Origin: Geosiphon pyriformis uo1
Lineage: Eukaryota > Fungi > Glomeromycota
NCBI GenBank assembly: GCA_016748015.1
Contig: JAAOMT010000283.1
Coordinates: 1-63,721 of the forward strand
DNA length: 63,721 bases
Direction of reading: 5' to 3'
The notes beneath the pieces were generated by a model. It was not told where the DNA came from. It saw nothing but the letters and a program-made list of their open reading frames with translations, and made no database searches. Shown piece by piece: positions 47,057 through 56,500 of the stretch. The number at the start of each line of letters is the position of its first letter. Within the stretch, counting starts at the first letter, position 1. A program made the position numbers and the translations under genes.

Positions 47057-48574
47057 TTGTCTATGACTGTGTGCAGCGCACTGGACGAAGACCCAAGAAA
47101 CCCCACCCACTACTATTGTAACTGTTGTAACAAAGAAAAATACGGTTACCCAGAAAGACATGGAAAATGGGACGAGGAACCGTGCCTCGCTTGTGGAGAA
47201 CCGTTACCAAGAGGGTGCGACTGGAATGACTTACCAGGCAGAGGAGGAACATGTGATGCAACTTGCCAATACATGATTCTCATCTGTGACTGGGTAAAAG
47301 GAGGAACGCCGTTCGAAGCAGTGTTCAACAGAGCGTTAAAAAGACTACAGCACTACCCACACGACGAGAACGAGTTGTACAACACCGCACAAGCCAAAGT
47401 AAGAGGAGGAACCGCCGAAGAAATACGACGTTGGAAAGAGTCAGCCGAAGTAGCCAACGAAATCACCAGCTACAACATGTTCGACCCAGTAGACGAATTC
47501 CAGGACTACTACCAACAACTATGCCCCACTCGACAAGAGCAAGAACAATACCTCGCCCAAATTAACACTTACCTCTGCGAAAACTGTCTCATCCCGTGCC
47601 AAAGTCAGTGCTGTGAAGAGTGTCAAGACGAAAGGAACTTAGAAAGAAAAATGGAAATTGAGAATCAGCAGTCTCAAAATCAATCAATAAATCAACAAGA
47701 CTCACCTGACGGTCCCAAGTCAGAAAAATTTATAGCCTATACCGATCTAGAACAGGTAACCGACATCCGATACTTCAACAATAGACACTTAGGAATAATA
47801 CCTGAAAGAGCCCATCCAACTGACGCCAGATTTGATCTACGTTATCTGGAAGACCAATCCACAACGTTACCACCCAGGAGCATCACCAAAATCGACCTAA
47901 AAATAGCGGTTGAAATTCCGCCAGGAATAATGGTTCAAATGGCATCGCAATCAAGCCTCGCAAAAAAAGGAATAAGCGTTCAAAGAGGAGTAATTGACTC
48001 CGGATACACTGGAAATTTGATGGTTTTGCTACAGAACAATTCAGAAAAGCCTTATACTATTGAATCTAAGGAAAAGATTGCACAAGCAATTTTCCTACCA
48101 TTGGTAAAAATTGGGAAATTCATGTCAGTGAAAAATCATGAGGAATTATCACAAACAACGAGAGGAACTTTTGGTTTCGGATCGACAGGAAAAGGAATTG
48201 AAGCGAATTTTGCTGAAACAATAGAGGAAAAAAGCGAAGTAATTAAAAATGAGCGGTCCATCATGCTCCTACCATATGGAAAATCAGAAATAAGAATAAA
48301 AAGGACAATTAAAGAAAAAGACCTAATATTTGAGCCCTACCCAGAAACTTGCCAACAGTTTCTCATAGGACTTACTAACCTTTTTATTCCAGCTAATAAA
48401 GCTCAATGGATAAAAATTCCTATCGCAAACACCACAGAAGAACCCGTCTACATTCCAGAAGATACCATCATTGGATACCTCGGAACGGAGCTAGAAAATG
48501 CGTCAACACCACAAGAAATTCTAAATTTCCCAGAAATTGCCCTCTACTGTGAACTTACTTCAATAAATTGGTAA
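47057..48574 (+). CDS. C2 Cys-rich domain + trimeric dUTPase + linker
   Basis: Multiple CxxC pairs. dUTPase motifs I-V: A(G>R)FDL, (R>Q)SS, GVIDSGYTG, KIAQAIF, RGTFGFGSTG. Confidence 0.92.
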   Translation: MSMTVCSALDEDPRNPTHYYCNCCNKEKYGYPERHGKWDEEPCLACGEPLPRGCDWNDLPGRGGTCDATCQYMILICDWVKGGTPFEAVFNRALKRLQHYPHDENELYNTAQAKVRGGTAEEIRRWKESAEVANEITSYNMFDPVDEFQDYYQQLCPTRQEQEQYLAQINTYLCENCLIPCQSQCCEECQDERNLERKMEIENQQSQNQSINQQDSPDGPKSEKFIAYTDLEQVTDIRYFNNRHLGIIPERAHPTDARFDLRYLEDQSTTLPPRSITKIDLKIAVEIPPGIMVQMASQSSLAKKGISVQRGVIDSGYTGNLMVLLQNNSEKPYTIESKEKIAQAIFLPLVKIGKFMSVKNHEELSQTTRGTFGFGSTGKGIEANFAETIEEKSEVIKNERSIMLLPYGKSEIRIKRTIKEKDLIFEPYPETCQQFLIGLTNLFIPANKAQWIKIPIANTTEEPVYIPEDTIIGYLGTELENASTPQEILNFPEIALYCELTSINW

Positions 48575-48793
48575 CAACCGGTAGAATGCTATCAATTTAC
48601 GCCAGTAGAATTGGCCAAATTAAACATTGAAACAATGGATCCTGACCAACAGCGACAATTAAAAGCATTAATTTTAAAATACTCTGATATATTTTCAAGA
48701 AATGGCAAATTTGAAAGAACCAACTTGGTTTAACACCAAATCCCCACTGGAGATGCCAGACCTGAAAAACAACACGCTTACCGTGTTCCACCA

Positions 48794-50023
48794 ATGGAGC
48801 ATAATTTTATCAGAGAAGAAGTCCAAAGCATGTTAGAAAAAGGAATAATACAACCATCAATGAGCCCATGGTCTTCACCAGTTGTTTTAGTAAGAAAAAA
48901 GAACGGAAAAATTAGATTTTGCGTCGACTATCGCAAACTAAACAGCAAAACAACCAAAGACTCATACCCAATACCGTTAATTGATGAAATCTTTGACATT
49001 TTTGGAGGAGCAAAATGGTTTTCTACACTGGACTTGACCAGTGGGTACTGGCAAGTGGAAATGGACCCAAAGGACAGGCATAAAACAGCATTCACAACAC
49101 AAAATGGCAATTATGAGTTCAATGTAATGCCATTTGGATTAACAAACGCTCCCGCGACATTCCAAAGACTAATGGACGTAATTTACTCTGAAATCCTGTG
49201 GCAATCCGTTGTTGTCTACTTGGATAATACAAATGTTTTCTCGTCAAAATTCATAGATCATCTCCAACATTTACAACAAGTTTTTGAGAGATTGAGACAC
49301 GCTGGACTTAAACTAAATCTAGAAAAATGTTTCTTTGGGAAAAATGAGCTAGCATTTTTAGGACATGTAGTTGGAAAAAATGGAATAAAACCAGATCCAT
49401 CAAAAATAGACAAAGTGAAAAATTTTCCAGTACCTCGAAACGTCTCAGAAGTTAGAAGCTTTTTAGGACTCGCATCTTACTACCGCCGCTTTGTAGAAAA
49501 CTTTTCAAACATCGCCAAACCCCTTAATTACCTACTATCTAAAAATGTGAAGTTTGAATGGACTGAAGCACAACAAAAAGCTTTTGAGTACCTTAGACAA
49601 AAGCTCATTGAATCACCAATAATGATCTATCCGAATTTCAACAAGAAATTCATTTTGGCCACAGATGCCTCTGGAACTGGACTTGGAGCCATTCTGTCAC
49701 AAAAAAATGATAATGGAAAAGAACGTGTAATCGCTTATGCCAGCAGAAGTCTCAGTACGGCAGAACAAAACTACGCAGCACATGAACTTGAATGCTTAGC
49801 AGTAGTCTGGAGTTGTGTTCACTTTGACACATATTTACGGTACCAACCTTTTGAGATTACAACAGATCATAGAGGTCTGGTCTGGTTAAATAACAAGAAA
49901 GCACTAAAAAGAAAATATGCCAAATGGTCACAAACGTTAGCATCATACGATTATATTATCAAATACAAAGAAGGTACCAAAAATGCTAATGCCGACTGTT
50001 TGTCAAGAATGAGACACACATAA
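48794..50023 (+). CDS. pol: C2 Ty3/Gypsy reverse transcriptase + RNase H
   Basis: SPWSSPVVLV, RFCVDYRKLN, LDLTSGYWQ, MPFGLTNAPATFQ, YLDN (YLDD mutated), TDASGTGLGAILSQ, ELECLA, TDH, NADCLSR*. Confidence 0.95.
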   Translation: MEHNFIREEVQSMLEKGIIQPSMSPWSSPVVLVRKKNGKIRFCVDYRKLNSKTTKDSYPIPLIDEIFDIFGGAKWFSTLDLTSGYWQVEMDPKDRHKTAFTTQNGNYEFNVMPFGLTNAPATFQRLMDVIYSEILWQSVVVYLDNTNVFSSKFIDHLQHLQQVFERLRHAGLKLNLEKCFFGKNELAFLGHVVGKNGIKPDPSKIDKVKNFPVPRNVSEVRSFLGLASYYRRFVENFSNIAKPLNYLLSKNVKFEWTEAQQKAFEYLRQKLIESPIMIYPNFNKKFILATDASGTGLGAILSQKNDNGKERVIAYASRSLSTAEQNYAAHELECLAVVWSCVHFDTYLRYQPFEITTDHRGLVWLNNKKALKRKYAKWSQTLASYDYIIKYKEGTKNANADCLSRMRHT

Positions 50024-50052
50024 AAATCACCAACCCACCCACCACAACAACA

Positions 50053-51429
50053 ATGAACAATCACCTTTACAAAAACCTCAGCCAATACTTGGAAACACTA
50101 CAAATAGACGAAGAAATGCCAGTAAAAGAACTAATTAAACTCCAAAAATTAGCAAAACACTATTTCATCCAAAATTACATACTTTATTACCAGAATTAAC
50201 AAAATCCAGATAATCCATTAAGAGTTATAACCACGGATGAAAAAGAAACTATCTTATTTAACATGCACTCAGATATTCATTCAGGCCACTTTGAAAAAAC
50301 AGCAACCATCCAACATGCAACTAGCCGTTACTATTGGCCAAAAATGAGCTCAGACATAATCCAATACATAAGAAATTGTGACCCATGCCAATGAAAAGGA
50401 GGAGCAAAAACAACGGAATTATTAAGACCAATAAAAGTTGGACAGCCATTTGACAGAATCGGAATTGATTTAGTTGGACCCTTACCAATAACAACAAGAA
50501 ACAACCGTTATATTGCAGTAGCCATGGACTATCTCACCAAATGGCCAGAAGCTAGAGCTATTAAAACAGCTGATGCTATTTCCGTAGCTCAATTCGTACA
50601 TGAAGACTTAATTTGCTGACATAGATGTCCACAAGAATTGCTACCAAATCAAGGCACACACTTTGTAAACAGCACCTTAAAAGAACTTAGCCAAAAATTT
50701 GGAATCAAACAACCACTGTCATCACCATACCACTCTCAAACAAATGGATTAGTTGAAAGATTTAATTGCACATTATGCAAATCACTGGCGAAAATTAGTA
50801 ACGAACATGAAAAAGAATGGGATTTGTTCATACCAGCAGTACTATTAGCATATAGAACAGTAAAACAAGATACTACACAATTCACACCGTTTGAACTAGT
50901 TTATGGAAGAAAAGCCACATTACCCGTTGAACTTACTATCTCAACTTATCCGAGTAACACTATCACGGAAGCAACATTCCAGGAAACACTACTTAGAAAA
51001 ACATATGAATTAATGGGAACTTTAGAAAACAAAAGAAGAAAAGCAGCACAAAATATTGAACAATCACAAGAACAACAAAAAGTGAGACATGATAACCAGT
51101 TACCAGATAATATAATTAGCTACAAAATTGGAGATAAAGTATTGTTGCATCGTACAAAAATGGAAAAACGGAGTGGAAAATTTGATCACAAGTGGGATGG
51201 ACCATTTTATATTCACGAAATACTTGGAAATGGAGCATACAAGCTAAGACTAGATGATAAAATATTAAGAAAAGCAGCACATGGTAACCGGCTGAAATTC
51301 TATTACAGTAAACCAGTAATAACAACAAAAACACCCAGAATTGGTACACAATTACCTTTAATTCTACCAGAACAAATTCCACAAGATTTAGAACCAATAG
51401 TTTTAATTGAACATTATTCGAAAAAATAA
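50053..51429 (+). pseudogene. C2 integrase, separate ORF (3 in-frame stops seen), no chromodomain
   Basis: MNNHLYKNLSQYL.., MHSDIHSGHF..CDPC, GIDLVGP, NQGTHF, NGLVERFN, WDGPFYI..AYKL. Confidence 0.92.
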
Positions 51430-51513
51430 TTAATCTTAGATCACAGCAAAAATGATTTAACAACCATAAAAACGCATGCAAAAGATTTCAAAATAACATT
51501 CAAAATTAAAACA

Positions 51514-52171
51514 ATGATACTTATTCCAGAAAACATCAACAATATAACTCAACAATTAGTTGAAAGCTTACAACAATTAAAATCCGATCTAGAAATCACA
51601 GTTAATAGCTCCAAAATAACATACATAAAAAGAACAATAGAAAATCCAAAAACAAGAAAAGAACATAATTTCGAACTATATAATATTGCCAAATATAACA
51701 ACAAATTTATTAGCAAAGTTATTGAAAAATTAGAGATAGCATTGGGCAATACATTAATAATGGAAGAAATAGAAATAAGTGAATTAACACCAGACACATT
51801 TAGCAACTTGAAAACGAAATTCCCAATTAATTACTGTTATTATTAACTAGGAAAGCACTTGAACATACAAACATTATACTCAAAAGACTCAACTAGAGTG
51901 TTTGACAAAACAACTATCCAACTATTAGAACCTTTCATTGGAAAAACCAACACTACATTCTATTCAAAAACAGTTTACAGAATTTTCAAAGCATTTGAAA
52001 ACTGTCACAAATTATTGTTTGAACATAATAACAACCAACAGTATTGGACGACTTACCAACTCGCAATTTCAAGAATTACAACAACAAATTAATAACACAG
52101 TATTGAATCACTATAGTAACTTAGAATTTAATGAAAAAATTAACTTCAATTTTGATGGAGCTCAATCTTGA
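51514..52171 (+). pseudogene. C2 ORF3 (~220 aa, unknown function)
   Basis: ORFs 51514..51846, 51859..52092 and 51938..52171 join into one protein by comparison with C1. Confidence 0.78.
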
Positions 52172-52184
52172 AAGGAGAGGATAA

Positions 52185-53050
52185 TGTTACAGTTTAAGAA
52201 TTTAGCAAAAAGAATCATAAAAATAATACAAACTATTCAATCATAATATAGCACAGTAATAATCTTAGAAAGGTAATGATTAACATAGTAGCAAACACCA
52301 TCTCGCAATAGTGGCAAGCACCAGTTCACAATAGCAGCCAACACCAACTGGTGATAGCAGCAAACACCAGGTTGAAATATCAAAAAGAAAGTATTTTCTC
52401 ATAGAACTACAAACATGTATATATACAGTAGTTTTAATATTGGGAAATAATCAATCAAGTAATAAAAATCATAACTTATCAAGCAATAGATCCAATTTTA
52501 TCCAACAAACTCCACTTTAAATCATACTTTCAAATTAAATATCCCAAGAAACCTTTAAAATCAAAAAGAAATGAAAAAGAATATTTAAAACTGAACTATC
52601 ACAACCCAAAGTATTAAGAAACTTACTTGTATTATTTATTGAATGAAACTATCATTCATCAACTGAATCCCTTGGAAGAATAATCCTTGATCAAGATTAT
52701 TCACGTTGTTATTAATTGATAAAAGCTTTATTGTGAGAATTAGAAAAGCACTAAAGACCATTAACATTCTGTGTTTCTAGATTAGAGAAACACATCAGGC
52801 AATTGCAAGGATAGCCTCAGAGAAGACCCCAGACAGTGGGTAGATTTCAGTTCAGCCTCTGAGAAGGAGTACATAAACACACACAACAATCAAGAATTAA
52901 AGAATAACTTACATTGCGACAGTAAAAAGAAAGCCTTCAGTGTAACAGTGACATTATCACACAAATAGAATTGAGGAACTCATGAAAGACTGATTGCAAT
53001 TAAAGCGAGATATCAGCAATTAAATATAACAAGAAAACCATTCCATAACA
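52185..53050 (+). repeat. 3' LTR of C2
   Basis: PPT AAAGGAGAGGATAA at 52171-52184; TGTTACA...ATAACA ends. Confidence 0.95.
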
Positions 53051-53520
53051 CCGGCACTTATGCGTGTTGTCTGTTAAAGGTGATTTGTAATTCCTGCATA
53101 TTCCAGTTAAGAGTAGTATTGGCTTTGGCTAGCCAATTATTTCTGACAAGAGCTTAGTATTAAGTGGCTTCCATGACTAATACTTTGGTCGGAATTTGAA
53201 TTCCATTTATTTTAAAGAGGAAGTTGTTAATCTCTCTTATTGGGGTTTTAATGTTTCCGTCAGTGGTAATTATTTTAGCTGTAGCAGCACAATCTACTCA
53301 GCAACCTAGTTGATCCATGAATTGTTTAATGATTATACTACCTGCAAATCTACTATCAAGAATTAGCTTAATATCTAAATTTCTGACTCTAGCATTGGCG
53401 TACATAGCCATTATTGGTTTGTCCGGGTTGATGGTGGCTCCACTAAAAAGGTTGGTTGTTTTCAGGCTGTTGATGTTAAAAGAAAATATAGCAGCAAGGA
53501 TCATGTCTTCCATAATAGTG

Positions 53521-56500
53521 GTTAACCAAAAACAGGAATATTGCCTATGCTATTTTTTTATTTGGCTTAATAATATAGGTCTTTTCTAAGTTATTTTGTA
53601 ATATTGCAATAATATTTCCTACATATTTTGCATTAATTATTTCTCTTTTGATGTTGATTCTTTTTTTCCTTAAACTATTCCTAGATGCTAATTGAACCAT
53701 GATTATTGGTGGGATTTTTAAGACTATTTTCAGATTAATACAGGTGCATGAATGTAATTCCAATTTTATGGTTTCTTTTTCAGGATATCTCAAATCAAAC
53801 TCTGTATCAGTATTATGTGTATGTTCAAGCATAATATCTTCATTATTATCACTAAACCATTTAAGTTCCTGTTTTTTAGAGAAATCAGGAAGCATGATAT
53901 ATTGTTTTGAGTTTGAATTGGAGTCTGAATTGTTGTTATTTTCATTGCCATTTTGAATAGAGCTGGAATCATTATTTTTGTCATCATTATTGTTGGAGTT
54001 TAAATTGAAATTGAATATCAATTTCAATTCTGATGCATAATTGCTGATTGGTTTTTTTTTGGGATTGTGTAGATCATGCATGGTAATAGATTGTAGTTAA
54101 AATCACACTCATTACAATATTGAAAGTCACATAGAATTAAACAGTAGTTACATAATTGGGTGTTTATTTCTTCTAAGCACTGTTCTTGCTCTTTTTTTGT
54201 TGGTGCCAGATTCTGGTAATGCTTGTGGAATTTTTCTGGACTAGCTTTGATGTTAAGGAAAGTGTTTAGTTAGAAATAAAGAAAGTTTTAACTGGCTCTG
54301 ATGGATTATTTTTAACCTCCAATATTTTGCTAAGTGAAGTGCTTTCGACTTTGGCACTTAATATTCTCTAGATTTTGTCTTTATTATGTAAATAGCCATT
54401 TAGATATGTCAAAACACAGTTCCATGTGGCATTAAAAAGTGTTCTACAACTGACTCAATTGCTAATAAGAATTGTGTATTGGCATGAAGTATTGCACATT
54501 CCTCTTCAACCAGAAATGTTGTTCCACATTTTTTTGTTAAATAACTGTTCTCTACAAGCAAAACATGGTTTGTTGTCCTACTTGTTTTGTCATTTGGGAT
54601 ATCCATAGCATTCTCTGTAACATAATTTACAGTAGTAATAAGAAGTATCTAATAGTTTTTGTTAAGTGCAATCTATGCTTCCATAGAGAACAGCTTTTTC
54701 TTGTAGTTCTTGTATTTGAGTGATATATATAATGGCTCTTTTATGGTTTTATGTGGGTATAATTTTTTCCAGCCACTAGTTATCTTCTCTGTAACCATGG
54801 TTTTTTTAGGTTTATTCTTTTCTTTCCCTTTTTTTCTTCAAATTCAATTAGTGGTGCTGGCATTGTTGTGAGTTTAAAGTGGCCACAGGTGGCTGGTATT
54901 TGTGTATACTGACTGTTTTGGCTGAGTTGCAATTCTTGGGTGGTCTAATCAAGTACAGCATTGGTTTTAACTAGCCAGTCATTATCAATTAGTGCTTAAT
55001 ATTGTGTAGCTTCTATTACTAAGACTTTAATTGGTATTATGATGCTATTAACTTTAAAGGAGAAGTCATTAATCTTATCAATTGGAGTTTTTGTCACTTT
55101 ATCAGTGGTGATTATTCAGGCATTGGCAGTACAATTAACTTGACAACCTAATTGGTTCATGAATTGTTATGTGATGATGCTGTCTGCTGAACTGCTATTT
55201 AAAATAAGTTTAATAAAATAGCCATCAATTGTGGCATCAGTATATATTGCTGTAATAGATTTAATATTAAAAACAGCTCCACTAAATAATAGAACCAATG
55301 TGGTTTCCTCAAGCTTAAAAAAGAATATGTTGACAAGTGTTTTGTCTTTGGTACTGGTTGCTGGTAGAATATTGTTAATAAGTGGTTGCTGTAGTTTGTA
55401 TTCTGAGTTGTTGAATTGCATGTCTTCTGGAATTACTAGGAGACTTAAATAGTTATGAGAATTTGGGTTTTGAGAGTAACCAGTTTCTGAACTCCACTGT
55501 TGTAATCCTAATGGTTGGTTAAAAGAGCTGGAGATTGGTTAATGAACAATTATTACTGATCTCCAGTTTTAAGTAACTTTTGATTTGAGATTTCCTAATT
55601 TATCTGAGCTGAGTTTAGTGGCAGTAATAGAATTGCTGGTGTTTGATAAATTATTGGTGACTGCAATAGTTAATAAATTATGAGTGATACCAATTAATAA
55701 ATTGACTGTGTCACTTGTACATAATGTGGTTGAGTTTGGTATTGTTTGTGTGTTTAATAATTGCCATAATTCTGAGTTGAAAATTGGTGATTGGAATTTT
55801 AATACTGATTTCCCAATTATTGGTTGCTTATTCTTTTGTGACATTTGAATTGCAGATGTTCTTGTTTATCATAATAGTAGCAGATATGCATTTCTTGCTG
55901 CCACAATGGTCATGTTGATGCTGGATGCGACTAATTCTGGTGCTAATTGATAGTTCTAAAATTGTTGCAATGTTGAGTAATTAATATATTGCTTAATTGT
56001 TGTTAGCTAAGTACCTCTCTAGTTTTTGATTAATTGAATCACTAAATTGTTTCAATTTGGAATCCAATTCAGATGATTTATTTATTACTAGATTTACAGC
56101 TTGGACATAGTTAGCTTCTAATTCAGTAGCTTCAAAATCTTTGGTGTAAGTAACTGCTGCTTGAAGATTGGCTAGATATAGTAGACATATGCATTGCAGG
56201 ATGCTGCTGCATAATCCATAAATGAACTGATTCAAAATCTGGGTTACTGTAAAATAATTGGTGTTAATGGCTTGAATTTGACAAAGATTCTTGTAAAAGC
56301 ATTTCAAGTAAGTGGTAACTGCTTTAGCGTTTCCTTGTTTAATAGTGGTAAATATATTAACTAAACAGTTAATGCTATTATTGTTGCTAAAATATCTTAG
56401 GAATTTCTGTTTGAATGCATTGAAAATTTAAAGTTTCTGGGCCAAATTCTAATATCAAGAATTGGCAATATCTTGGAGAAAATAAGAAATGGCTTGTAAT

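Larger units (their letters stand above)
44375..53050 (+). mobile_element. Element C2: youngest, best-preserved copy (contains assembly gaps), inserted in D between PR and the Cys-rich domain
   Basis: Perfect TSD CCGG (44371-74 / 53051-54). 5' LTR starts at 44375 and runs into an N gap; 3' LTR 52185-53050. Only 4 differences (all transitions) counted over the 387 comparable LTR bases. Confidence 0.95.
27186..53520 (-). mobile_element. Element D (third family): 3' LTR, ORF3, IN, RH, RT, dUTPase, Cys-rich domain, PR; interrupted by C1 and C2; gag and 5' LTR missing
   Basis: LTR 27186-28208 then reverse-complement PPT. IN ORF 29640..30047, RT/RH ORF 30628..31089. Continues at 41906-44370 (RT N-terminus, dUTPase, Cys-rich) and 53055-53520 (PR, LILDSRFAGS). 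Confidence 0.88.

Noticed and set aside
51300-51429. Chromodomain at the integrase C-terminus
   Set aside because: Only a ~40-aa Pro-rich tail (..IPQDLEPIVLIE) follows the GPF module, with no chromodomain signature.
51514-52171. ORF3 as an envelope gene
   Set aside because: It is too short, with no visible signal peptide, fusion peptide or transmembrane anchor.
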